The notes under the pieces were generated by a model, which did not search any database, had not been told where the DNA came from, and saw only the letters and a program-made list of their open reading frames with translations. This document shows positions 25,928 to 39,499 of a stretch of DNA of 64,000 nt, piece by piece. The stretch comes from Octopus sinensis (taxonomy: Eukaryota). Where the stretch lies: contig NC_043019.1 in NCBI RefSeq assembly GCF_006345805.1, positions 23,621,360 to 23,685,359 on the forward strand, in the 5' to 3' direction. The number at the start of each line of letters is the position of its first letter. Within the stretch, counting starts at the first letter, position 1. The translations under genes were made by a program, and so were the position numbers.

Positions 25928-26477
25928 CCTCTATGCACGGCCAACTGCTGGATCAATCTGTATCAAATTTGGCTCACTGGAAATTACGTCGGTTTTGTTT
26001 TTTTTGTTTTAAAGGTAAACGATTCTGAAACGCTTTTTAATTGTGATAATGAAACAGGAGGTTTAAAGAAAAAGAAACAGTAAGGTTTCTAAAGAACGAA
26101 AGGTCTTCATACGGACACACGCTTATACACTGTAGGGTATCTTTTAATTTATACAATAAACTTTATAAATTTTTAAGTTCAATATTCCCGTGACATACGT
26201 TAGAGCTATTGACACGAGTTATTCAAATGATTGTTCGTGGAGTGAACCTAATAAAATAGCTAGGGTGCACTCGATATTTCATATTTAAATCCGATATGAC
26301 TATTTCTACTTGGATATTGGTCCTACCTCAGATTCGAAATCGAATCTGCATTGCCCCCCTAGTCATACGGCCTATTGTTCTGTGAAGGAGTAACGCAGAT
26401 TTATATGTTCCCCAGGGTTGGTATCGAAAAGGTTAATATTCTTTAAACTTCCGAGTAACGCTGGGTACTTAGGCTAG
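25876..26477 (+). mobile_element. Diverged non-autonomous Helitron
   Basis: 5' (TG)n-TTTCCTCTATGCACGGCCAACTGCTGGATCAATC..AAATTTGGC; 3' TCCGAGTAACGCTGGGTACTTAGGCTAG|T resembles the family 3' end. Confidence 0.6.
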
Positions 26478-26479
26478 TG

Positions 26480-26538
<59 letters not shown>

Positions 26539-26603
26539 GTATATGTAGAGTTAATCCAAACATGAAAGCACAAAAAACACAACAGCGCGAGGACGTGGAA
26601 CAA

Positions 26604-26637
<34 letters not shown>

Positions 26638-26638
26638 A

Positions 26639-26669
<31 letters not shown>

Positions 26670-26713
26670 CATACACATACACATATACATATACATATAT
26701 ATATATGTATATG

Positions 26714-26802
<89 letters not shown>

Positions 26803-27597
26803 TATATGCATGTATATATGTTTCACAAATTTACAAACTACAGTGAGAATTGGAGTACCCAAAGACTAATAATAAAAGATAAAATGGAATCCCATGACCA
26901 AGTTTGGTTATTAGTATCATCTCAAAAATCTCAGACTATACAGTCTCTCCAACGCCACATGACCGCCGCATCAGCAATGTTGATGTTAGCATTATGCTTT
27001 AAAACTCCCCAAGACGGGTTCCTGTGCTAAACGTGTTCGGCAAAATTTGCCCTGTCATTACATGACCACATTCTGTCTCAATTTCCTTTTGATCTGATCT
27101 GGTCTGGGCCTGTTCAACACTACCAACAATTCAAAGAAAAAGAGGACTCGTGTCTTTCAAACAGTACCTGACCAAATAATTCCAAGAAATACCAGATAAG
27201 ACACCGACCCCATCCCGTGTATGTTTTACCCAACAACAATAAGCAATGTTAACACTTGAATTTTATATGTGGAAGCTATGAAATAACTGAGCAAGAAATA
27301 TATTTTCTCTCCTCATCTTACTAAATAAAATAAAACTGAAGGATCAATCAAAATGTAGCTTATGACTAACGGAATCCCAGACATGACGTTATTCATTGCG
27401 AGTTACTAAAGAGTGACGAACGTTCACCTCATACATTGTCTCATGAAGTCAATGGCCAGGGGAACGCTATTATCCAAATGCACATACACAGACACACACA
27501 TATGAATATATATGTGTATATATATATATGTACGTACATACATGCATACATGCATACATACATACGTACATACATACGTACATACATACATACATAC

Positions 27598-28100
27598 AAT
27601 TTTTTTTGCAAGTCATTTGGTATATCATCAGATAATTAAATTACACATACATACATACATAGATACATACATATGCATGTAAACACACCCACACACACAC
27701 ACACACACTTAAGCGAGCAGGCCAACAGAGGAAAGAGTGAGAGAAAGTTGTAGCGAAAGAGTACAACAGGGATCGCCATCACCCCCTGCCGGAGCCCCTG
27801 CATACACACACAGATACACACACACAGACACATACATAACACACACGGTCGTGGGATCGCGGTTTCGATTCCCAGACCGGGCGTTGTGAGTGTTTTATTG
27901 AGCGAAAATACCTAAAGCTCCGCGGGGCTCCGGCAGGGGGTGATGGCGATCTCTGTTGTACTCTTTCGCCACAACTTTCTCTCACTCTTTCCTCTGTTGG
28001 CCTGCTCGCTTAAGTGTGTGTGTTTACAGGCATATGTATGTATGTATGTATGTGTAATTTAATTATCTGATGATGTACCAAATGACTTGCAAAAAAAATT
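27598..28100. repeat. Local inverted duplication (arms about 180-200 bp) involving a SINE-D fragment
   Basis: 27598-27798 is the reverse complement of 27924-28100, apart from about 4 substitutions and microsatellite length; the spacer holds the SINE-D head. Confidence 0.92.
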
Positions 28101-28562
28101 TTCGGCGAAGTTAATTTTACCTCTTAGCCGGAGAAAGGAAACAAAACCGTGATGACTGTTCATATTGGAAGTCAAAGAAAAAGGATAAAATTTCAAAAAA
28201 GAAAGAAAAAAAATTAACAATTAATTTCCCAGAAAATTTGATATCCAAGATTAAGGGGGAAATCTGTTTGTTAGCAGCCGAAGTCAAAGTTACAGAAGTA
28301 TTTCCCCTCATAAAATCATTCGCTTAACGGAATTAATTTCCCCACAAAACTTGGCAAAGGACTTTTATATTTATTCCCAGATTCTTGTCATTATCTCCCC
28401 TTTCTGTTTGGCGGTCGCTCACAATTGTTTTCATTCGGCAACTAAGAGGTATATTCAGAACATTTTTACATTTTTCATCTAGAATATCACCACACGTCTG
28501 AATCATCTAAGTTCATGTCATTGACCTACTTGAGCTATATATATATATATGTATATACTGAG

Positions 28563-28594
<32 letters not shown>

Positions 28595-28628
28595 CATACA
28601 TACATACACACATACATACATACATACA

Positions 28629-28661
<33 letters not shown>

Positions 28662-29592
28662 TTTGTGTGTGTTTGTGCGTGTGTTTGTACTTACATCATA
28701 GGTAATATTTCAAAGCTTCTCCATGTTGACACTTTTCATGGGATGTTAGGTTGTTTTTTGTTTTTAAAGATATTTATAAGGGTTCTTTTTATGTTTACGA
28801 AAGATCATTTCTTTGAGATATGTACTTTAGCAATTCATCAAAACCGGAAGCCAAAGGTTAGGTCAGCAGAAGGTTTTTAAGAGATTTACGTGGGAAACAA
28901 CAGCACATGACATCATAGCGTTGTAGATTTTTGAAACGCTTAGCCAGAACCATTAACTTATATATAGCTGTCAAATCAGTTACAATGTCGCTTCATTTTA
29001 ATGTTTTCGGCAGAGAATAGTCGTAAGAGCATGTAAAATACTGACATTTTATGTTTATGTTAGAATGGCGTTTCAGTTTTGACAATCTATTAAAAATATT
29101 CAACCGTACAAAGGCGATGGAATAATGAAGTAGCGAGATGTTTCCATTTACTTTGCAGAGTTCAGATTACACTTAGTCAGCTTGTCTTTCGTTTTTGCAG
29201 AATCGACTAAGTAAATAGCATATTGGAGATTCTTCGATTTGGGATTTGTAGCTTTGTGTCAATTCCAGAAATCCATATTTATTTATAGATCCTTTAAAAC
29301 ATTGATTTCCTTCAAGACCACTCGATAATCACTTTTGCTACCCAACCCTCGCGTACATACGCACTCCATGAGGGCAACATGGAAATCGCTCCTGTTCTTT
29401 AACATTATCGTAATCGTCACTCCGAAAAATTATTTTGTTGGTAACTGAAGAAAAATAATATTACCTATTCGTTGCGAATTTTGTTATTATTTGAACTTAA
29501 ATGTAAGAAATGATTGTTTTATAATCTTATGAGGATCAGGGGTAACAGAAACGGTAAACTTTCAAAACGAACATACCTTATGATTCTTACTT

Positions 29593-30008
29593 ATACTCTT
29601 TTACTCTCTTTTACTCTTTTACTTGTTTCAGTCATTTGACTGCGGCCATGCTTTAGTCGAGCAAATCGACCCCGGGACTTATTCTTTGTAAGCCCAGTAC
29701 TTATTCTATCGGTCTCTTTTGCCGAACCGCTAAGTGACGGGGACGTAAACACACCAGCATCGGTTGTCAAACACAGACACACAAACACACACGCACATAT
29801 ATATATATATATACATATATACGACGGGCTTCTTTCAGTTTCCGTCTACCAAATCCACTCACAAGGCTTTGGTCGGCCCGGGGCTATAGCAGAAGACACT
29901 TGCCCAAGATGCCACACAGTGGGACTGAACCCAGAACCATGTGGTTGGTAGGCAAGCTACTTACCACACAGCCACTCCTGCGCCTATAACAGCCACTCCT
30001 GCGCCTAT
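29593..30008 (-). mobile_element. SINE family A with small internal deletions and a duplicated 5' end
   Basis: Tail (TACTCTTT)n on +; ACAGCCACTCCTGCGCCTAT occurs twice in tandem at about 29968-30008. Confidence 0.92.
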
Positions 30009-32138
30009 GTTTCTTTCTGTTTCTGATTTCAAATATCGCCACCATCAAATTTGCCTTTCACCCTTCCAGGACCGATGAAATAAATACAAATGATTGTAAG
30101 GTAGTAAAAATGTGAATATTTAACTTCACTCTTCTGTTTTTCAGACCAAGATTCTGTCGTAGTAGCCTTTGTCTTGCGCCTCTTCGGAGGAAGGGGTCAA
30201 GAAAATAATTACTAGTAATATTCTGGTGTCGATTAACTCGACTTCACATAATCCCTTCAAATTTGTTCTCTTGTTTGTTATAATTTAAGAAACAACAGCA
30301 AAACTCCCTCAAACCATCACCAACCATCTCAAAACAGTAACACATTGAACAATGGAATCCTAAATACATTCTATACGAAAAAGAAAAGCAAAAGAAAAAA
30401 AAACGGATGGTCACGGAATGCTGTTTGACCTTAGGTTTGCTTGGTCATGAATGACCAAGGGCTAAAGAGAAACAACAGCTGTATTAACCTTTTTAAGAAT
30501 TTCACTCATCAGTTCCAAGTTTGTTCTTTTTGCCTAAGCTTTCCCCCTTAAACGTGCTTTGTGCCTACTTTCCCCATACGCCCGTTTTTACTTTCTTTTA
30601 TCTTCTCTTTTGCTCCTCTTATGTGGTTACATCCATCTTCTATAATTCTTTTTTTTTTTTAATATCTTTGGTTTCAGGATTGCAACAGGACGAATCTGTA
30701 AGGTAATAAGCAGTAAATTGAACAGTGGTGGGTTTGTATTTTGTAGTGGGGACAGTTTGAAACACTGATAAAATAGCATTGAATATATTTTGGATGGTAT
30801 ACTTATGCGGCTGGGTAGACTGAGTTGGCGAGAATTATGTATGAACGCTGTTGATGGAATGTAAAACGTAGGAACTTCAGTAAAGCGTCCAACATCCTAT
30901 TTTGTTGCTGAGAGTTATATCAAGTGTAACATTGAACTCAAACTAAATCTTCCTTTTATATTCTATATTTAAATCTTTCATTAAATCGTCATAATATTTT
31001 TCATTGTGCTTTTCGTATTACTTGTCTCTATGATTTAAGAGCATATTAAAGTCTCTATAAGTTAAGAGAATTATTTCGTCGGCACAATTTAGAAGCCAAA
31101 TATTGTGTGACGCTCAATCGCTCCTTGAGTTTTACTCGATAAAACTCATAAAAATATCATTTGCAATGGTAAAGTTACAACCAGTAAACAAATACCTTTT
31201 TAGTTCTCAGGTGTTGATCCCATTTCTCGTTCATCTGCCAGTTGAAGACATACGAAGAAATAAACATACCCCCCCCCATCCATACGACTGAACACGAGAT
31301 TAATCAGAAACTCTGAATCTCAGTGTCTCTCAGAAATTTCATGATTATCTTTTATGATACACCAGTTATTCCCATCTCTCTCTCTCTTCTGTCAGTACAT
31401 CTGTCGGTCTGTCTGTATTTATCTACACACACACGCACGTACGAGCGTGCGCCCCCCTCCCACTTAACGGTATTAATAACAAACATATATCCAAAACGTC
31501 TCTCTACTCTTGGCTGTTCTGGGAGCCGGTGTAACGCATGTAACATCATGGCGTCATAGTTAATGGCCAAGAAAGGTAAATCTCCCGTCAATTGTTTTTA
31601 TAAACAAAATATGTTTTATTTCATATCAAACTGAATTATGAAATATTATTTCTCAGATAAAAGCTTCAAAATTGCAGTATATCTTTTCCGCATGTTTAAT
31701 AAAAATTAAACGATGCATAATTAAATGGATGTCTATCAGAAGTAAAATTTCCAGGTAGTTCCAATTTTATCACTATCCTCTCCCCCACCTCGTCCTATTT
31801 TAACCCACCTCCTCGGTGAGTGGTTAAAATATAATCTCTTTGATATAAATGAGATGTGAAATGCGTTTGGAGAGAAGTACAATTTTTATGAGGGAAAAGT
31901 ACGTCGGCAGATCTCTTATCAGTGGACGTAGATGGAAATGGGCAATTGCCACCTGCTGTAAATTCTGGTTTGCAGCAGCCAGAAAATTTATTTAATCCAG
32001 GAGGCACCAAAAGGAAAAAACGAAGAAGAATAAAAAGAAATTAAAATTTTCTGCCATGAGGACGAACGAAAAAAAATTCTTGCCATTTAATTCCAATTTA
32101 AACCGTTGCTCATTTTATTTATTTCGCTTTAACAACTA

Positions 32139-32600
32139 CGAGGTGTTATTAGAACGTAGTTGGATGGTACGTGTTGGGACTGTACTGTTCAATGGAAAGC
32201 GTGCGCTGCTGTCGATCATTGGGAGACAACCAGCTGAGGTTTTAGAACGATTCTGCGAGATTTACGATTGTTGACAAATTTGATTTATATTCCTGCCTTA
32301 AATTTTTATAGGTAACTCGGAAAATTTATTACCGAGATTCTCGAAACTTCTCGAGAGACTTTGAAAAGCGTTGTTTATATTGAGGCTTCGCTATTGTTTC
32401 AAGGCTGGTCGAATGTCGTCGGTACAAGTTCATGAGTGTTCAGAAGGATCAATCACTTGCAAAATATTAGAAAATGTGGAAAAACAAAATCTTATCCATG
32501 GCAATCATCGCCTGGAAACATTAAGTTGTTTGCCGGGGGATTCTGACGGAAAATACGGACGTGAACCGCAGTGAAGTTTGCCCTTCGGCTATTGCTGTCT
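32139..32600 (+). mobile_element. Highly decayed mariner-like element, 5' part
   Basis: TA|CGAGGTG start like the element at 54927; residual GSITCKILENVEKQNLIHGNHR resembles the mariner HTH linker (GRP..S...ENVEK...LI..NRR). Confidence 0.45.
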
Positions 32601-32667
32601 TGATTCAGCATCTGTTAGCATTCACAAGAATCTCAACTCACAGCTTTAACTATGATATAAATAACAC

Positions 32668-32982
32668 TAATGTTTCTCAACCGGGGGTCAATATAAAATT
32701 TTTGGAGATCCACGTAACAAAAACGTAAATTAGGGATCCACAATAGTATTTTAAGGGCCCCTGAAAAATTTTTGCCTTGGGTTTATGTATTGGTTATGTA
32801 TTGCAAGAAACAGCTGGGTTTCTTTCTCTAACATTTCACGTAGTTCAAACTACACAAATTAATGCGTGAACAAGCAAAATAGGAATTTTGAAAGGAGGGT
32901 CTATAAAATTCGTTTAAAAACATCATTACGGGGGTCCACCGGAATAGAATAGTCCACATATGAAAGCCGGTTGAGAACCCTG
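32668..32982. mobile_element. hAT (Charlie-like) non-autonomous element
   Basis: Ends TAATGTTTCTCAACCGGGGGTC and GGTTGAGAACCCTG resemble Charlie-type CAGTGTTTCTCAACC TIRs; internal GGGGTCCA motifs. Confidence 0.7.
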
Positions 32983-33869
32983 AATTACACAAACATTACA
33001 ACGGCTATGTACAGACTAGATTTTTCATAAAATGTTATTCTTCTTGGAATTCAATAAACCATTAACATGGCTCAGAGCGGTACAGAAGTGGCCAAAAGAT
33101 TGTGCGAAAAGGGTGTAAAGCAAATTGTCAAAATTGAGCCCTTAGTTTTATAATGGTAATTCTTAAAAAAAGAAAGAGAAACGAAAGAAACAATGTGTTG
33201 ATGTAGAATTACGAAGCCACTTCATTGTCCTCGTTTCATTTTACATTCCTACTGGGGTGGTTAAAATACTCTAAAGAATCTCAATGAGACAGCGCTCCTG
33301 TTAAAAATTATTGTTAATGTTTTTTTTTATATAAAGAAATATCTTTGGCGCATACATAAATTTCCTCAGCTAATATTCTACAGATTTAGAAACATATCAC
33401 AAATTCTTTCCTTAAAATGTTTTCTTAATCTTTTGTTTAACTTGAGACGGTTGGATGTGTTTTTGTCAAAACTTGTGTCAGTCGAATTAGTTTTATTACA
33501 AGCTTTTAAATTACTGCAAGCCAGTTACAAGCGTATTATTTTATTTCTTGCTAACTGACCTACTTCCTTTATTAGCGTAGTTTTAAGATTTTAGTTTTAA
33601 ACTAATTCACTATCTCACTATTTAGCTGTGATATTCGCTGTCTTAGGTATACTTCTGTTTTCTTCTCCTGTCCCCCTCTCTCATCCGCTCTCTCTTTCTC
33701 TTTCCCTTATCTTCTTCCCACTTCCGCCCTCCCTCTCCGACTGTCTGTAGGTCTCTCTCTCTCTCTCTCGTCCGATGAAGGCTAAGGAGGCCGAAACTTC
33801 GAAAACTGTCAACATTATTCTTAATAGAGGATAACAAATGCACTCTACAAAAAGTACTGAGTAATCCGC

Positions 33870-34022
33870 CAGTTTCTATAATTAACGACTAAGTAAACTA
33901 CTTCAAAGTATTAAGCATACTTATTAGCTCACTTATTACATCTACTAGGCATATTGCATCTACTAGGCATGAATTTTAAGCGTTTTTGTTTCGTAATCCA
34001 AACTTGCTATGAAACCGGTCAG
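33870..34022. repeat. Unclassified dispersed repeat, with an inverted copy at 52070-52212
   Basis: CGACTAAGTAAACTACTTCAAAG...CATCTACTAGGCATGAATTTTAAGCG...GAAACCGGTC; reverse complement present at about 52070-52212. Confidence 0.85.
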
Positions 34023-34378
34023 CAGCTTCCAGCTCCTTTCGGACGAAGGACAGCGAAGGATTGAGTAACCTTCAGGAAGCTATCTCCGTATCACTATGCT
34101 ACTCTTCTAAGGCAACGATTACCGTGTGTCTGTTCATTTGCTGAGTCAATCTCTTTTCTGACATTATTTATCTGAAAAGTTAAACGAAAAAAAAAAAACA
34201 AACAAAAAATGTTAGCAGAAACTTAGAGCTCTTGAAAGAGATGTTCTCAAAAAAAAACAAAAAAACTGGTGCATCCTGTACATATATACAAACACATTTT
34301 TAATCGACCCAAAAGTGATTCAAAGAGTGAGACCATCCTTCAGTCATCAACTTTCTGTTACTTCACTCATCATTTGGT

Positions 34379-34603
34379 ATACTCTTACTCTTTTACTCTT
34401 TTACTTGTTTCAGTCATTTGACTGCGGCCATGCTGGAGCACCGCCTTTAGTCGAGCAAATCGACCCCGGGACTTATTCTTAGTGAGCAGCCTAGTACTTA
34501 TTCTATCGCTCTCTTTTGCCGAACCGCTAAGTGACGGCGACGTGAACACACCAGCATCGGTTGTCAAGCAATGCTAGGGGGACAAACACAGACACACAAA
34601 CAT

Positions 34604-34658
<55 letters not shown>

Positions 34659-34826
34659 TACGACGGGCTTCTTTCAGTTTCCGTCTACCAAATCCACTCA
34701 CAAGGCTTTGGTCGGCCCGAGGCTATAGTAGAAGACACTTGCCCAAAGTGCCACGCAGTGGGACTGAACCCGGAACCATGTGGTTGGTAAGCAAGCTACT
34801 TATCACACACCCACTCATACGCCTAT
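34379..34826 (-). mobile_element. SINE family A, full length
   Basis: Complete head, body and (GTAAAAGA)n tail. Confidence 0.93.
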
Positions 34827-34929
34827 ATCAACAAAAGAATATTTCAAATGCCCTTTTAACATTAAAATATATCGCATTTGACAGATTATCTTGGCCTTGC
34901 ATATTGGGAACATAGTCAGCTGTTATTAC

Positions 34930-35720
34930 CTTACTACAACGGACGTTTTGTCCATCTGTCTGTTCCCTCTTCACGGTCAAACGGCTGAACCAATGGTCAC
35001 GATGTTTTTCGGGATTACGAAGGAGATAATCAGAAAGGTTTTTAGTGAAATAAATGTGAAAATGTATGATTATTTAGTGGATATTGAAGGGTAACTGTTC
35101 AGTTTACGGCGTAAAAATGGTAAATAAAAATTAAGGGGGAGATAACTAATAAAAGAAGCAAAGGGAAGTAAATCAACTTCTTACTATAATGTCCGTCTGT
35201 CCATCTGTCTGTCTGTTTCCTTTTCACGGTCAAACGGCTGGACCAATGGTCACGATGTTTTTCGGATTACGAAGGAGGTATTCAGGAAAAAATGTGAAAA
35301 AGTATGATTATTAAGTGGATATAGCGTTTTGTATTAATAAATCACCTTTGATTTTTTTTTTGTTTAAATTCCGGCGATGAGGAGTAACTATGGATTTCCC
35401 CACCGTATAGTTCGTGAATTTTGAGGGTTTAGATTTGCAATACTACCTCTTTGTTTCCCGTCGTAGATGGGCAGATTCCTAGAGATTCTGCTCACGCATT
35501 CACTGCAAACAAGGCACAGGGCTAGACTTTAGATCGCTTAGGTGTATATTTACCCACTCCGTTGTTTACACATGGCCAGTTATACGTCGCTATGTGGAGA
35601 GCAACGGACTCCAGTAATTTGAAAATTAGCGTCGACCGAACAGAAAATATCGTCTACAAAGAAGTTTTCTAATCAGATTGATATTATCGAAAGGAATATG
35701 ATTCATAATTTAAATAAGGA
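34930..35720 (+). mobile_element. Helitron remnant: tandemly duplicated 5' end plus PIF1-type helicase C-terminus
   Basis: Two copies of TTACTA...GTCTGT...TTCACGGTCAAACGGCTG.ACCAATGG (34930, 35179); helicase fragment follows. Confidence 0.8.
35455..35672 (+). pseudogene. Helitron RepHel helicase C-terminal fragment
   Basis: AFTANKAQG*TLDRLGVYLPTPLFTHGQLYVAMWRATDSSNLKISVDRTENIVYKEVF* matches PIF1 helicase motifs V/VI (TINKSQGQ, HGQLYVA.SR) and the NIVY.EV end; internal stop. Confidence 0.88.
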
Positions 35721-36138
35721 AATTTGTGAACTTCGAATGTATAAGAGTATAAAACAAGTGTAAAATAGTATAAACAACTAAAATAAAAGTATGTCTAAAC
35801 AACATTTAAAAAAAAATTCTTTTTATGTAATGGTCGAAGGAAAGTCTGACTTTCGTTTGGAGTGATCCACATGACCATTCAGGATACAGATGCTGGGAGC
35901 CTATTTCAGTCCGGGAGTGAATCATCATCACATGTCACTTAGTCGCAAACACATGTCATATAACTACAATAGAATGCTGTATCACCAGCAATGATGTGAT
36001 TTCTCCAAAACATCACCCAGTAGTCTATCAGGTCCGTTTACACATTTCTCAATACATAATGCTGTTATGACTTCTCTCCCTCATTTTATGCCTCCATCGT
36101 GGATGGGTAGATTTGCTAGTGGTAATAACAACCTTACA

Positions 36139-36358
36139 TTATTATTATTATACTAAGGCAGCGAGCGAGCAGAATCGTTGGCACGCCGGACAAAAATGCT
36201 GAGCGGTATTTCGCCCGTCTTTATGCTTTGATTTCAAATTCCGCCGCAGTCGACTCTCATCCTCTCGGACATAATAAAATAAGTACCAGTTGAGCACTGG
36301 GGTCGAATTAATCGATTTAACACCCCTCCACAAATTGTTGGCCTTGTGACAAACTTTG

Positions 36359-36407
<49 letters not shown>

Positions 36408-36452
36408 TATTATTATTATTATTATTATATTATTATTATTATTATTATTATA

Positions 36453-36532
<80 letters not shown>

Positions 36533-36760
36533 CTAAGGCAGCGAGCGAGCAGAATCGTTGGCACGCCGGACAAAAATGCTGAGCGGTATTTCGCCCGTCT
36601 TTATGCTTTGATTTCAAATTCCGCCGCAGTCGACTCTCATCCTCTCGGACATAATAAAATAAGTACCAGTTGAGCACTGGGGTCGAATTAATCGATTTAA
36701 CACCCCTCCACAAATTGTTGGCCTTGTGACAAACTTTGAAATCATCATCATCATCATTAT
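36139..36760 (+). repeat. Exact tandem duplication (380-bp period) of a diverged SINE-B plus (ATC)/(ATT) tract
   Basis: 36151-36360 appears identical to 36531-36740; identical 61-aa spurious ORFs are offset by 380 bp. Confidence 0.93.
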
Positions 36761-36984
36761 TATTATTATTATATTATTATATAATATATATATATGTATA
36801 CATGTAAGTGAAACATAAAAATTAGGACATATCTAAATTAGGACATATCGTACAAAAATGAATGAGGAAAGTTCTGTTCCTCTGCGTATCCTCTCTCTCT
36901 CATACACACGTAACTATGTATGCGTGCGCATGTATTTGTGTATATATCATATATGCACTCGCGCCTACATGCGCGTTTGAATGC

Positions 36985-36986
36985 GC

Positions 36987-37021
<35 letters not shown>

Positions 37022-37048
37022 ATATATATATTATATATATATATATAT

Positions 37049-37093
<45 letters not shown>

Positions 37094-37173
37094 TATATAT
37101 ATATATATAATATATATGTATGTATATATATATATATATGTATGTATATATATATAGTATGTATATATATATA

Positions 37174-37245
<72 letters not shown>
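36985..37245. repeat. Imperfect (TA)n microsatellite
   Basis: Read directly. Confidence 0.95.
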
Positions 37246-37258
<13 letters not shown>

Positions 37259-39194
37259 CACATTTTGTGTGGTTGCGGGGAAAGGTGTGGAGAATATAGC
37301 CTCAACGGCAGGAAATACTGTACATTCTAATGGCAACACGGCAAAAATGCAACATAGTCGAAATTTCTGTTTCTTTTAGTCTTTATCTAATAAAGTATTT
37401 ACTAGTGTATCTCCGTTGTGGAAGGTGAACTGGTTCAGTTTGTTTGATAGCCTAGAGTAGTTTTATATTGAAGCAGTTTATTTTTGCAGGATTATTAAAT
37501 AATTCATAAATTCAATTAATTCTTAAAAATTTGAAACGCTTCAGGAATGGCGGTCTGGCCAGAAGAAATATATGGTTGCAAAGCATAATAATGGTAAATT
37601 TGTTTTGGTAGGAAATGAAGGATCTCTTTTTTTTATATATATATAAAAACGGCAAAGATTTTAGGATCATGCCTTCTTTTTGGTAGAAAAATTACGTAAT
37701 GCTGTTTCATAGTTTGAATTTGATTTGACTCATTTCCAAAATATGTTTTTAGTCTTGCTCTAAACTATTGACTGTGTTTAATATTTGAAAGGGTTTGACT
37801 AGTCCTGAAGGAGTTTCAAAGTCCATACTTGTTTCATAGTTATTGTAAATTTACATGCCTGTATGTGCCTCTCCCCACACAAAAGGAGAGCGGGGGCAGG
37901 TAAATACAAATATCTGCTATATCTGCATTTTTCTCTCTCCCTCTCTCTCTTTGTCTCTGCATATGTACGACGCACTTGTGTACTTGTATGTACTTGTAGA
38001 CTGATCGCCTCCGATAACCTCAAAAATAGTTTAGCCTTCATGGCTACTTCACACACACACACACAAAAAATATCGTTATAAAGTTATGCGACATTGGATC
38101 TAATATATTTTACGTCACTGTGCTCTAACCCAAAGGATATTATAACAGTTATACGATACGTTTAGAGATAAAGACAGATATTTATGAATAAATGAAAATC
38201 ATTTGTAGACAAATGCAATAGAAAACGAAATTCAAACAAAGACACTGAAAAATGCAAAAAGGTGGAAGACAAATATTGTCAGACATAAAAGAAAAAAGTG
38301 GAAAATAAAATAAAAAAGATAAGTTAGGAAGAATGAAAAATATGAAAAGCAAGTATCAAGTGTCTCCATTAAAATTTGACAGATAATAGAAATTAGAAAG
38401 ACACGTTTACCTAATTAGGAAAGACAGTCGTCCATTTCTGTATGATTTGTCAACTAAACGAATGGGAAGTTGTGTTGACTCAATGTTGAGTTGTTGAAGC
38501 CATTAAACAACATATCTGATATTTCTTTCGTTCTTCTATTGATTTCTTTCACTGGAGAGAGGATAACACGAGGGTGGTATGTGGGAAATTATGTGGATCT
38601 AAGTAGGTGAAGACAGGCAGTTATGTAATCGACATAAGGAAGATATCTGGACGGGATTTAAACGCAAAGGGACGAAACTAAACACTACAAACAATGTTTC
38701 CGACGTTCCACCGTTTCTTTGCATCCGCCACCCATTTGCGAAGGTAGTCGGTGTATACCATACGCACCTCCTTACATTACTTAGGCATCTCTACTCAAGT
38801 GTGGCTGACACTCTCTCTCTCTCTGGAAACTCGACGTGCCATAAGATTCGAAATATATCGTCCTCCCAGACTAACAAGACCAGCTGCCACAAAATACAAA
38901 CGGCTTGATAATAAAATGGTTATTACATTTTCAGTTAGACTCTCTCCCACAAAAGCACACATACATAAACATATACGTACGCACAAACACACGCACATAA
39001 ACACACAAATACGCGTACATACGGGCGAGTTTGATGATGCTTGGTCAGTGGTTATATTTGATGTGATGATTGGATGAGATGGCAATTGACTTCTTGAAGG
39101 GTTCGCACAATGTCGAATTTAATTGACATTCAAGGAAATTTATAGTTGCGTGCTTCAACTCTTGTCCCATGTTATTATTAGGATGTTTGGTGAG

Positions 39195-39198
<4 letters not shown>

Positions 39199-39253
<55 letters not shown>

Positions 39254-39259
39254 AGAGAG

Positions 39260-39294
<35 letters not shown>

Positions 39295-39305
39295 GAGAGA
39301 GAGGG

Positions 39306-39336
<31 letters not shown>

Positions 39337-39337
39337 G
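39199..39337. repeat. (GA)n microsatellite
   Basis: Read directly. Confidence 0.96.
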
Positions 39338-39499
39338 AACGAAAGGTGATCTGGATGTAAATCCACGATTTCTATGGAGCTGAGATCTGAAAACTGGAAG
39401 GTTGTTGTAGTTAAACAAAGTAGCAAAATACTATGGATTGTCTTATTTTGGGCTTGTACAGTGATGACGGTCTTTTGATTTCAAATGACGCGTGTCAGC

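Noticed and set aside
28125-28327. Open frame after an AG (AGERKQNRDDCSYWKSKK...)
   Set aside because: A-rich low-complexity frame, weak acceptor and no recognisable domain.
30855-30875. TGGAATGTAAA (miR-1-like), and ATCATTGTGAAA near 58328 (bantam-like)
   Set aside because: Only partial matches; the rest of the mature sequence diverges and there is no adequate precursor hairpin.
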